Shown piece after piece: positions 1 to 9,185 of a stretch of DNA of 64,000 nt. The notes beneath the pieces were generated by a model. The model worked only from the letters and a program-made list of their open reading frames with translations. It did no database searches and was not told the DNA's origin. Position numbers and translations under genes: made by a program. The stretch comes from an uncultured Clostridia bacterium. GTDB lineage: Bacteria; Bacillota; Clostridia; TANB77; CAG-508. Each line of letters opens with the position of its first letter. The first letter of the stretch is position 1. The stretch lies in contig CAJFLB010000003.1 in NCBI GenBank assembly GCA_904387305.1, positions 1,169-65,168 on the forward strand, in the 5' to 3' direction.

Positions 1-107
1 AAAATATCAATATCATAGAACCTATGATAACCATAAAATCAACGATGAGTGATGAAAATATTGCTCAAATGAAAAAAATGGCAGATGCACTTTGGGGAAC
101 ATTTTAA
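1..107 (+). CDS. 3' end of an unidentified CDS entering from upstream (...IAQMKKMADALWGTF*)
   Basis: Frame open from the window edge to TAA at 105-107; no recognisable motif; too short to identify. Confidence 0.3.
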   Translation, partial: NINIIEPMITIKSTMSDENIAQMKKMADALWGTF

Positions 108-110
108 AAA

Positions 111-145
111 TGTCCCATTGGGGACGTTTCTGTTTGGGACATTTT
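111..145. repeat. Solo copy of the GGGAC-type hairpin unit (tgtcccattggggacgtttctgtttgggacatttt)
   Basis: 34 of 35 positions identical to each arm of the inverted repeat at 20915-21060; internal stem atgtccc/gggacat; starts right after the upstream stop codon. Confidence 0.8.
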
Positions 146-232
146 CATCATAAAAAGTAAACTTTTTAATTTTATGATATAACTTTTATGCCAGTCTTTA
201 AGTTCAAAATAAAATATAAAATTTTATACAAT

Positions 233-285
233 AAAAATGATGATTTGAAAAAATTAAAAAATAGATTTTCAAATCATCATTTTTT
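233..285. terminator. Bidirectional intrinsic terminator
   Basis: Perfect 19-bp stem aaaaatgatgatttgaaaa / ttttcaaatcatcattttt with A/T runs on both sides, between two convergent genes. Confidence 0.7.
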
Positions 286-299
286 GAAATATAGAATGA

Positions 300-800
300 C
301 TAATCATTATTTTGATTAGCTAAAACAGAATCATCTACTGTTTCATTTTTAGATTGAATTGCTCTTAAAATTGCTCGACTGATAGGACCAGCAACTAAAA
401 TATTTAAGAAAAATGCTGCACAAAAGTTTCTAGGCCATCTAATAAAGAATTCACTGAAAATTGTTTGAGCATTATCTCCACCTAAAAATCCACCAATAAT
501 TGTCATAACTAAAGACATTAAGGTAACAATAAAGAAACAATTAAATAAAATGTATGCATTTTTACTATCAGATTTATCAACAAATTTTTCTAATAACATA
601 TGATTAATTTTTCCAATAACTACATTTTCTAAAATAAAGGCAATGATAAAAGTTACAGGAAAAGCAATAATAGCAGTTTTTATAGAATTTAAATTAAATC
701 CACCTAAATGAATAGAAATATTTAAAAGTCCCATAAAAAATACCATAATCAAACACATACTAATTCCAAAAATCAGACCTTCTTTCTTATTTGTTGGCAT
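300..800 (-). CDS. DUF2798-like small integral membrane protein
   Basis: ATG at 800 preceded by aaaggagg; N-terminus MPTNKKEGLIFGISMCLIMVFFMGLLN matches my recollection of DUF2798 N-termini; four hydrophobic segments. The ORF-track start at 887 lacks an RBS. Confidence 0.6.
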   Translation of the reverse strand: MPTNKKEGLIFGISMCLIMVFFMGLLNISIHLGGFNLNSIKTAIIAFPVTFIIAFILENVVIGKINHMLLEKFVDKSDSKNAYILFNCFFIVTLMSLVMTIIGGFLGGDNAQTIFSEFFIRWPRNFCAAFFLNILVAGPISRAILRAIQSKNETVDDSVLANQNND

Positions 801-1066
801 AAAAATTCCTCCTTTCATATAATCATGTTGCTTTGCAAGAACTATATTTTTAGTTTTTGTGTTAGTTATAGTGTTCTTTACAAGCATAAAAATAACGTGT
901 AACTAAACTGGATTTACGCCATTAAAGCTACACGTTTATGTACTTGTAATATTATACCATGTTTTAAAAATTGATGTAATAGCAAATTTTAAAAATATTA
1001 AAAAAATTTTTCTTGTGAATAATAAACGCTAATGATATAATGCTATTAAAATAAAATGTCTGATGG

Positions 1067-1097
1067 GGGTCCATTGGGACCTGGTCCCAATGGACCC
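1067..1097. repeat. GC-rich palindrome gggtccattgggacc-t-ggtcccaatggaccc (member of the GGGAC/GGACC repeat family)
   Basis: Perfect 15+15 nt palindrome; shares the words cattgggacc / ggtcccaatg with the element at 31331-31430. Confidence 0.8.
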
Positions 1098-1128
1098 AAA
1101 AATTGAAAACAAAAGGTTGGTGATTTTT

Positions 1129-1314
1129 ATGTCACATAAAAAAATGGAAACAGGATTAATTGTAATAAAACAAACAAAATTTGATAAAATAAGAAGAGGT
1201 TTGTTGATGTTTTTTTATGGAAAGGATTATAAAATATTTGAAAATTACCAACAACTAATAAAAGTAAATAGACCAAGAAATATTATCATTCCAAAAGAAA
1301 TCAAAGGCCTTTAA
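1129..1314 (+). CDS. Small hypothetical protein (62 aa from ATG 1129)
   Basis: ORF 1063-1314; the first 22 codons lie inside the palindrome, so an internal ATG at 1129 after aaaaggttggtg is more plausible; no motif. Confidence 0.3.
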   Translation: MSHKKMETGLIVIKQTKFDKIRRGLLMFFYGKDYKIFENYQQLIKVNRPRNIIIPKEIKGL

Positions 1315-1335
1315 AATAAATAGAAAGGTGAGAAT

Positions 1336-2310
1336 ATGTGTACTTGTATTACATTAAAAACAAAAGATTGTTATTTTGGAAGAAATTTAGATTTAGAATC
1401 TACTTTTGGAGAAAAGGTGATAGTGACACCTAAAAATTACGAATTTACTTTAAGACATAATGAAAAAATGAAAACAAAATATGCCATGATAGGAATGGGA
1501 ACAGTTGTAGATGATTATCCATTATATGCAGATAGCGGAAATGAAAAAGGATTATGTATGGCAGGATTATATTTCCCTGGAAATGCTGTTTATTTTGAGG
1601 AAAAAGAAAATGTTATGAATATAGCTTCATTTGAACTAATTCCATGGTGTTTGGGAAATTTTTCAAGTATAGCAGAATTAAGAGAAGAGTTAAATAAGAT
1701 AAATATAACTAATCAAACATTTCATGAAAATATGCCAGTTGTGGATTTACATTGGATGATTAGTGATAAAAAAGAATGTATTGTATTAGAACAAACCAAA
1801 AATGGATTACAAATATATGATAATCCCTATGGCATTTTAACCAATAATCCACCATTTTATTATCATGATATTCATATGAATAATTATATGAATATATCAG
1901 CTAAATTTCCAACTAATACATTTTCAGAGGATATCTCTTTACAACCATATGGACAAGGAATAGGAATGATGGGATTGCCAGGAGATGTTACACCAACTTC
2001 TAGATTTGTAAGAGCAGCATTTTACAAATTTAATTCGATAACTGATGAAGATGAGGAAAGTTCTATTTCTCAATTTTTTCATGTTTTAGATTCTGTTTCA
2101 ATGATAAAGGGAAGTGTTATAACCAAAGAAAATCACTATGATATGACAACCTATTCTTCTTGTATGAATGCAAGTAAAGGTATATATTATTTTAAAACAT
2201 ATTATAATAATCAAATCAATGCAGTTTCGTTAAATGAAAAAAACAAGAGTGGAGATAAATTGGAAATCTATGAATTACCCCAAAAGCAACATATACAGTA
2301 TATGAATTAA
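1336..2310 (+). CDS. bsh: Choloylglycine hydrolase family (Ntn C59; bile-salt hydrolase / penicillin V acylase type)
   Basis: Met-Cys2 nucleophile (MCTCITL), GRNLD, LTNNP, TPTSRFVR; collinear over the full length with Clostridium perfringens CBAH as I recall it; RBS gaaaggtgag. Confidence 0.85.
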   Translation: MCTCITLKTKDCYFGRNLDLESTFGEKVIVTPKNYEFTLRHNEKMKTKYAMIGMGTVVDDYPLYADSGNEKGLCMAGLYFPGNAVYFEEKENVMNIASFELIPWCLGNFSSIAELREELNKINITNQTFHENMPVVDLHWMISDKKECIVLEQTKNGLQIYDNPYGILTNNPPFYYHDIHMNNYMNISAKFPTNTFSEDISLQPYGQGIGMMGLPGDVTPTSRFVRAAFYKFNSITDEDEESSISQFFHVLDSVSMIKGSVITKENHYDMTTYSSCMNASKGIYYFKTYYNNQINAVSLNEKNKSGDKLEIYELPQKQHIQYMN

Positions 2311-2346
2311 ATAAGAAAAGGATATACTTAAAACTCTATATAAAGT

Positions 2347-2390
2347 GAAAGTATTATTAAATGAAATCATTTAGTAATACTTTCGTTTTA
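2347..2390 (+). terminator. Intrinsic terminator after the hydrolase gene
   Basis: About 16-bp stem gaaagtattattaaat / atttagtaatactttc followed by gtttta. Confidence 0.65.
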
Positions 2391-2534
2391 TGTATAGAAT
2401 TGAGTAAGAGTGCCTTAAAAATAAAGTAAATACATTTTTTTTCTTTGTAATAATGAAAAATCTAAGAAAAGATGATATAATAGAATACAATAGTGATTAA
2501 GCAATATCATTGGTAAAAAAAGAGAGGAAAGATA

Positions 2535-3554
2535 ATGAAAAATATTAAAGACTATACATTAGACGAATTAAAAGAAGAGCTAAAAGAAATCGGAGAAAAG
2601 CCATTTCGAGCAGAGCAAATATATAAATGGCTTTATGAAGCAAGAATTTCTGCGTTTGATGAAATGACCAATTTATCATTAGAATTAAGAGAAAAGTTAA
2701 AACAAATCTATGAAATAAAAGAATTTAAGATATTAAAAAAACAAGTAGCATCAGATGGAACAAGAAAATATTTATTTGATGTATTAGATGGAAATGCCAT
2801 TGAGACTGTATTAATGGAATATCACCATGGATTTAGTATTTGTGTATCTTCTCAAATTGGTTGTAAAATGGGATGCAAATTTTGTGCTTCAACAGGAATT
2901 CCATTTGCAAGAAATTTAAGCTCAGGAGAAATTATCGAACAAATTATGGCAGTAGAAAGAGATGCTAATGTCAGAATCTCGAATATTGTATTTATGGGAA
3001 TCGGAGAACCATTAGATAATTATGATAATGTGGTAAAAGCAATTCGAATCATCAACCATCCAAAAGGATTAAATATAGGGGCAAGACATATTAGTATATC
3101 TACAAGTGGTTTAGTACCAAAGATTTATCAATTAGCAGAAGAAAACATACAATGTACATTATCCATTTCTTTACATGCAACAACAGACGAACAAAGAAGT
3201 GAAATGATGCCAGTAAACAATACATATCATATAGAAGAATTGTTACAAGCATGCAAGGATTATATAGAAAAAACACATAGAAGAATTTCTTTTGAATATG
3301 CATTGGCCAAAGAAAATAATGATAATTTAGAAGATGCCAAACGATTAGTAAAATTGTTAAAGGGAATGCTTTGCCATGTCAATTTAATTCCAATCAACAA
3401 AATAGAAAATGGAGCATATACCAAAAGCTCAAATGAAAATATCATGAAATTTAGAGATTATTTAAATGGCCATGGAATTGTTGCAACCATTCGAAGAGAA
3501 CTAGGATCAGACATTGATGCTGCATGTGGGCAATTAAGGAGAAAAAATCTTTAA
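2535..3554 (+). CDS. rlmN: 23S rRNA/tRNA (adenine-C2)-methyltransferase RlmN (radical SAM)
   Basis: KPFRAEQIYKWLY N-terminus, CKMGCKFC radical-SAM cluster, C-terminal DIDAACGQL; RBS agagagg. Confidence 0.92.
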   Translation: MKNIKDYTLDELKEELKEIGEKPFRAEQIYKWLYEARISAFDEMTNLSLELREKLKQIYEIKEFKILKKQVASDGTRKYLFDVLDGNAIETVLMEYHHGFSICVSSQIGCKMGCKFCASTGIPFARNLSSGEIIEQIMAVERDANVRISNIVFMGIGEPLDNYDNVVKAIRIINHPKGLNIGARHISISTSGLVPKIYQLAEENIQCTLSISLHATTDEQRSEMMPVNNTYHIEELLQACKDYIEKTHRRISFEYALAKENNDNLEDAKRLVKLLKGMLCHVNLIPINKIENGAYTKSSNENIMKFRDYLNGHGIVATIRRELGSDIDAACGQLRRKNL

Positions 3555-3658
3555 GTTACATAATATTGAAAAAGGAATGCTTTTATGATACACTAGTGTA
3601 AGTTAAGCAATTGTAACAAATTTTAAACCAGATATTGGCGAGAAAGTGAGGGAAAAGT

Positions 3659-4762
3659 ATGTTATTAGAAAAAGCAAAGAACACAAAAGAAAGATTTTGT
3701 AAACATCTGCAGATGCAAAAAAAATTAGGAGGGTATCGGTATATAAAAGATAGTTTTCTTAAGGAATATGGTATTTCTGTTGTTCAGCGGAAAAACGAAA
3801 AGGGAATCATAGAAGAAGCGATGATTATCGAAGAGGAAGAAATGGTGTTAGCACCATTTGGTAGAAACCACCAGTTCCATTTTGAAGTAATAGAAACTGG
3901 GCAAAATGAAGAATATCTGCTAATAGCCACTGGAGAAAAAGTGTTTAAGAGATGGAAAGATAAGAAAGGAATTGTCGAAATTTCAGAATTAAAAGGTTTT
4001 CACTGGTTTCGATCTTATGGAACAGAAGGTATATTGTTCCAAGAGAATAGGACAAACTTGTATAATAGCATGTTATGGAATTCTGGTAAAATAACAGAAA
4101 TTAATGGAAGAATTAGCCCCTTCGATTATTGGGGCTATCCAGTCATGAATGATGGGATAGAAATACTTAACTGGAACGGGTTTACCTATGTGTATATGAG
4201 AGACAACAAAATAGTCATCTCTGAGCCATTTCAAAAAAGATTCGAGGACTATAAGTATGGAGAAAATATGAATATTTTATTAAAAAGTATTCCAAACAGA
4301 TTTCAACTTAATCGACCAAGGAATGGTAAATGGAAAATTTACGAAGTCACAAAAGAGAGTGGCATCATAGAATGGCGAGGCGAATGGGGCAGTGTTGAAC
4401 CAATTGATGGAATAGCTAATACATATATAGCTACAAAAAAAGGTAAGGATACTGGAGAAATATTATACCTGCCCTTGCCAACATCAAATTATCTTTTAAG
4501 TGAAAATACAAAACCTGTCATATATGAAGTACCAGGGATTAAATGTACAAGTATAGGGATTGTTGGTAATATTCAATATTATGAGATGAGAGGAGCAAAA
4601 AAGGGAACGCTATATTTGGCGAAGTTTGATAAGTTAACCAATGCAAAACTGCAAATTGTTGGAAAATATGAAGGAGATGCTCTCCAAATTTACAAATCTG
4701 GTAACAAAAATTTGGAAGGAAAAATAAAAGGAAGTCTAAATGTGGTAAAAATATTAGTATAA
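3659..4762 (+). CDS. Hypothetical protein, 367 aa, no recognisable family
   Basis: Long ORF with RBS gtgaggg; W/G/Y-rich, beta-strand-like composition; ends at a hairpin shared with the convergent STAND gene. Confidence 0.6.
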   Translation: MLLEKAKNTKERFCKHLQMQKKLGGYRYIKDSFLKEYGISVVQRKNEKGIIEEAMIIEEEEMVLAPFGRNHQFHFEVIETGQNEEYLLIATGEKVFKRWKDKKGIVEISELKGFHWFRSYGTEGILFQENRTNLYNSMLWNSGKITEINGRISPFDYWGYPVMNDGIEILNWNGFTYVYMRDNKIVISEPFQKRFEDYKYGENMNILLKSIPNRFQLNRPRNGKWKIYEVTKESGIIEWRGEWGSVEPIDGIANTYIATKKGKDTGEILYLPLPTSNYLLSENTKPVIYEVPGIKCTSIGIVGNIQYYEMRGAKKGTLYLAKFDKLTNAKLQIVGKYEGDALQIYKSGNKNLEGKIKGSLNVVKILV

Positions 4763-4795
4763 CTACTGAGACTAGGCGTAACATACAATTAAACA

Positions 4796-4820
4796 GCCCG
4801 AAGGGAATTACTCTTCGGGC
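4796..4820. terminator. Hairpin between convergent genes (probable bidirectional terminator)
   Basis: gcccgaag-ggaattact-cttcgggc, 8-bp GC-rich stem; only short T tracts on either side. Confidence 0.55.
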
Positions 4821-4861
4821 TTTGTGAATAGTAGAAATGTTACCTTGTTTTTTCTCCAAAA

Positions 4862-7153
4862 TTATCTATTTAGCATTCCAAGCAAACTCTCAATATCTTT
4901 TTTGCAATTCATCATTTCATAGTTTTTCATAGCTTTTTGACAAAATTCTTGTGCCTTTTCAAAGTCATTGATATAGACAGAATATATTGTCTGTAATCGA
5001 TAATATAAAGCTTCATTTCGAATATCATCTAAATCATTGTCTTTTAGAAATTTTTCACAAGCCTTTAATTGTGTATTTGCTTTTTTTAAAAGATTTGTGT
5101 CTTTATTTGTTGCATAATTTTCTAATAGCAAAGAAATTAATAAAAGGCGATAATCTGCTTGGCCACGTGTAAAGTTAGCAAGTTTGGCTTCTTCTAGACG
5201 TTCAATTAACATATTATATTTTAAATCAAAAGCATTTTCAATTTTTAAATAACATCTGGTAATCCATAAATCTGTTACCAATTTTCTGTATTCGTTAATA
5301 TAAGGAAAATAATTTTCTTTAATATTCATCCATATGTCGTAACTTTCTTTATAATTTTTTAAACAATTACAAGTATACAAAGCTTTTACATGATAAAATA
5401 AGCAAACAATACGTTTTTCTAAAGAAGCTTTTTCTTCGTCAACAATTTTTGAAGCAATATCTAAATATTTTTTTGCTTCCTCTTGGTTTTGTGATTTAGA
5501 CATAATATTAATATAATCACACAAAGCTTCTAATTCTTCATTTTTATCTTGAATTATATTGGCCATTTTCGCTCTTTTTAAATGTAGGGAATCTTCACCT
5601 TTATCCCACATACCTCTAACATAGATGTAGTATTTTAAATTTCTAATTATCGTAATATATTCTTTATATAATTTGTTTTCTTCTAGCATATTTAACACTT
5701 GTTTTGTAATGTTCCATTCATCTAATTCATCAAATAATTTTAATTTAGAAATATCATTATAACATTCACCCACATATGCAGATTTATCTATATAAAATTT
5801 TGCCAATTGGTTTAAAAATATTTCTTTATGAAAATCTTCTTCAGAAGCATTTACCAAGACAAGTGTTTTGATTAAATTGTGCATATCTAGTCTAGGATTG
5901 TTTTGAATAATTGGGATTAATAAATCATTTGCATAACATTCTGTAATCGCTTCTTGCCACTTATTTGATAATACATCTAAATGTAATATGTAGGAAACAA
6001 GTTCAATTGAGATGGTGTATTTAAAATTTGCACAGATGATGATGATTTTTTTTGCGATTGGACTTAAGTCTTTCCATATATCATGAATGATTTTTTCTGA
6101 CATAATTTTATAATCTTCATTTGTTTTTGTATATTTAGAAATAGCTTTTTCCAAAGAAATTCCAAGCTTATTGGCATTGACAATTTTTTTCATTAAATAT
6201 ATAGATGCAAATGGAATGCCACCAGTAATGGAATATAGTGTGTCAACTAATGAAGGTTGCATATCCATAATTTTTTTGAAATCTTCTGTTGTATGAAGCA
6301 TATCTTTTAATTCTTCTTTAGATATGAAGTCATTAATACAAAAACTAGAGCAATAGGTATCTAAGTGATTTTCATATTGATGATAAGGGATAGATGTAAT
6401 CATTACTATTTTTGAAAATTTAGAAAAGTTTTTTATAAATGTAATGGTTTCATCTTGGATGATGTCATCATCAAAATCAAATATAAGGATAGATTTACTG
6501 CTTTTTATAAACTCTAGACAAGCATCTTGTTTTTCTTCAGGTTTGATTTCTGCTTTATTTTCTAAATTAAAAAGTAAGATAGTATCTAAAATAGTAGATA
6601 GTTGATTTTCTTTTTTTAGATTGATCCAAATCATATTTTCAAATTTATTTTTTAGGCTCAAATCATACATATATGCCATAACAGATTTTGATTTTCCACC
6701 TAATTTATATCCATAAATATAAGCAATATTAATAGGATGATTTACAAAATCATCTAAAAATGAAGTAAGTTTTTGAGATCGAATAATTTTACTTAAATCT
6801 TGAGGAATTAAATTATTTTTGGTTTGGATAGTTGTATCTTGAAAAACAACTGAATTGGTAGCAGATAGATAATTTTTAGCAAAAGCATCAATCTTAAAAT
6901 CATCTACTTGTACTAATTTTGCATATTCTAAAATTCCTTGAAGAAAACTAGGAATATCTTTAGGTATACTACCAGTTAAAAATTTTCGTATACTCACTTC
7001 TGCATAATGTGTATAATCTGCAATTCTGGTATAGATATATGTCTTACTAGGCAATTCTCCTTTTATATTATGTTTTTTTATAGATAGTTTCATTTCGTTA
7101 ATAAAATCAGATAATAATTTTGTTCTATTTGTTTTTAAGATATCTTGTTCCAT
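4862..7153 (-). CDS. HTH - STAND (NB-ARC-like P-loop NTPase) - TPR-like repeat protein, GutR/MalT-class architecture
   Basis: ATG at 7153 after ggagg. N-terminal HTH-like segment (TRIADYTHYAEVSIRKFLTG). Walker A GYKLGGKS, Walker B ILIFDFDDD, then VMITS. About 350 aa of helical repeats with TPR-like spacing at the C-terminus. Confidence 0.7.
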   Translation of the reverse strand: MEQDILKTNRTKLLSDFINEMKLSIKKHNIKGELPSKTYIYTRIADYTHYAEVSIRKFLTGSIPKDIPSFLQGILEYAKLVQVDDFKIDAFAKNYLSATNSVVFQDTTIQTKNNLIPQDLSKIIRSQKLTSFLDDFVNHPINIAYIYGYKLGGKSKSVMAYMYDLSLKNKFENMIWINLKKENQLSTILDTILLFNLENKAEIKPEEKQDACLEFIKSSKSILIFDFDDDIIQDETITFIKNFSKFSKIVMITSIPYHQYENHLDTYCSSFCINDFISKEELKDMLHTTEDFKKIMDMQPSLVDTLYSITGGIPFASIYLMKKIVNANKLGISLEKAISKYTKTNEDYKIMSEKIIHDIWKDLSPIAKKIIIICANFKYTISIELVSYILHLDVLSNKWQEAITECYANDLLIPIIQNNPRLDMHNLIKTLVLVNASEEDFHKEIFLNQLAKFYIDKSAYVGECYNDISKLKLFDELDEWNITKQVLNMLEENKLYKEYITIIRNLKYYIYVRGMWDKGEDSLHLKRAKMANIIQDKNEELEALCDYINIMSKSQNQEEAKKYLDIASKIVDEEKASLEKRIVCLFYHVKALYTCNCLKNYKESYDIWMNIKENYFPYINEYRKLVTDLWITRCYLKIENAFDLKYNMLIERLEEAKLANFTRGQADYRLLLISLLLENYATNKDTNLLKKANTQLKACEKFLKDNDLDDIRNEALYYRLQTIYSVYINDFEKAQEFCQKAMKNYEMMNCKKDIESLLGMLNR

Positions 7154-7492
7154 ATGTTCCTCCATCAATAACAAAATCTATTTTAATTATACCATCATTT
7201 TACATAAAAGTACAAGGATAGATGGAATTTTCTCCATAAGTAGAATAAAAACTTGTTATCGTTCAATCAAAATGCAACCTTTCTAGCATTTTGAGCTGAA
7301 TGATGATAAAAATTGATAATTTTTTTATCAATTTAAAAAAACTGTATTTTGAAAAGTTTAATAATTGAGATTAACATAAAGCAAAATGGGCATATATTGA
7401 GCAGGAAACTAAATGCTTGAAAATGCTAAACTTAAATTCTTTAGTAAAGAATTTGTAACAAAAAACATTTAATGTAAAAAGGAGGAGACAAT

Positions 7493-8575
7493 ATGATTTA
7501 TGACAAAACATTAGGTGACAGGACACAGAAGATAGTGCTTCGGGAGTTAGAAACAACAGAAAAGCTAATTTCAAAAGTTGCGACAAAACTTTCATCAACA
7601 CAGAAAACTTGTGATATTTATGCAATGTCTGATTTAGGGATTGCACATAATGTTACAAGAATGAGAGGTGGTTTCTTTACAGGAGCTGTATACAAATGGG
7701 AACGGTCTGATATTCCATTCATTCCGGTAGATAGTACAGTCAATGTATGTGGTACAGCTTTGTATCAGATACATTCTGAAATATCAGTGGATGAATTTAA
7801 GCAAAGATGTGAGAAAACTTTAGCAGGCACATCAAAATATGAATGGAATTTTACCAGAGGTAATCATTTCATTTCTTTGTGTCATCTGGAAAATGATGAT
7901 AATCACATAGGAATAAAGAAAGGGTACTATATGCTTGTTCATGCATCAGCATGCGAGTATAAAGAACAGCTTTATCCTATTATAGGAAACTGGTACTATA
8001 ATAGTATTGTAACAGAAAGATTAGGAGAGTACCGGTATCTGAGATTTATTAAAGGAGAGGAAGCAGAAAGATTTTATCAAATGGCAAAAATGCTGGAATC
8101 CTTTAATAGGGAAAAAAATTATGATTTCTGTAAGCAAGTTTTATTAGGGAAAATAGGAAATGAAATCTTGAATGTAGCTCATTATGGAATGCCAACAATA
8201 CATGAAGTATTGATTGGTGTTCAGAAAACTGCAGGACTTGCAACGTTATTAACAAGTCTGGGAAAAAATGTGTATATAGTGAAGAAGAAAGAAAAATCTG
8301 AAAATTCCTATATCCCACATGGTTTTGGCTTAGAATTACCAGAAAATAGTGATTTTGCCTATTGCGAAAATGGTATACAAATAGGTAAAAAGGAAATTTC
8401 CTCTGGTAGTATTACCATTGGAGGAGAAGCGATTAACCGGCATGGATTCCTTGAAACTGATGAAAGCTTGAGAAAGTATGTAAGAAAAATAGCACAAATC
8501 AACGGATTAGAGATTTGTGCAGAATTGAAACAGATTTGCTCATTCTCAGCAAAAGGTTTTCAAATATGGAGGTAA
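7493..8575 (+). CDS. Diverged RtcB-like protein (putative RNA 3'-phosphate/cyclic-phosphate ligase fold)
   Basis: RBS aaaaggagg. Ordered motifs VDSTVNVCG (D80..C86), GNHF (123-126), MLVHAS (H150), NVAHYG (H230), IPHGFG (H276), C-terminal SAKG, mirroring RtcB DIGCG / GNHF / LHSGSRG / CHHNY / SHGAGR / ..VKG. Confidence 0.45.
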   Translation: MIYDKTLGDRTQKIVLRELETTEKLISKVATKLSSTQKTCDIYAMSDLGIAHNVTRMRGGFFTGAVYKWERSDIPFIPVDSTVNVCGTALYQIHSEISVDEFKQRCEKTLAGTSKYEWNFTRGNHFISLCHLENDDNHIGIKKGYYMLVHASACEYKEQLYPIIGNWYYNSIVTERLGEYRYLRFIKGEEAERFYQMAKMLESFNREKNYDFCKQVLLGKIGNEILNVAHYGMPTIHEVLIGVQKTAGLATLLTSLGKNVYIVKKKEKSENSYIPHGFGLELPENSDFAYCENGIQIGKKEISSGSITIGGEAINRHGFLETDESLRKYVRKIAQINGLEICAELKQICSFSAKGFQIWR

Positions 8576-8580
8576 ATAGC

Positions 8581-9105
8581 ATGTTATATGTAACAAGACA
8601 TGGAGAAACAGACTGGAACTTGTATGGGAAAGTACAAGGCAAAGCAGATATTGAATTAAATGCTAAAGGAATAGAACAGGCAAAAGAAACAATGGAAAAG
8701 CTAAAAGAAGAAAGCATTGATTTCATTATCTGTTCACCTCTTAAAAGAACCAAACAGACCTTAGAGGCTATTTTTCCAAACCAAGAATTCATTAAAGAGA
8801 AAGGTTTTACAGAAATCAGTCTCGGCGATTGGGAAGGTTTAAAGAAGGAAAAGGTTAATCAGAAACGTCGAAAAGCCTTTCAACAGGGAGAGTATGCACC
8901 ACCTCATGGTGAAAGACATGAAGAGGTCGAAAGTAGAGTTAAGAAATCTGTCGAAAGAATCTTTGCAACTTATCCAGATGGGGCCGTAATCTTAGTATGC
9001 ACAAGCAACGGAATTATGCAAACAATTAAAAGAATGTATAATATGCAAACAAAGGATATTATGTCGAAAAATCTGGAATATGTTATCTTGAAAAGACCCG
9101 AATAA
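8581..9105 (+). CDS. Histidine phosphatase (PGAM/CobC-like) superfamily protein with an atypical second catalytic position
   Basis: ATG 8581, 8 nt after ggagg. RHGETDWN, SPLKRTKQT, GDWEG. The usual SHG motif reads TSNG (His replaced by Asn). Confidence 0.75.
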   Translation: MLYVTRHGETDWNLYGKVQGKADIELNAKGIEQAKETMEKLKEESIDFIICSPLKRTKQTLEAIFPNQEFIKEKGFTEISLGDWEGLKKEKVNQKRRKAFQQGEYAPPHGERHEEVESRVKKSVERIFATYPDGAVILVCTSNGIMQTIKRMYNMQTKDIMSKNLEYVILKRPE

Positions 9106-9131
9106 AAAATGTAAAAATAGAAAGCAAGACA

Positions 9132-9156
9132 CTGAGGGGATCATCCCCTCAGTTTT
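9132..9156. terminator. Bidirectional intrinsic terminator
   Basis: ctgagggga-tca-tcccctcag followed by tttt; lies between convergent 8581-9105 (+) and spoIVA (-). Confidence 0.85.
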
Positions 9157-9185
9157 GCATGTTGACACTTCCTTAACGTTCAACT

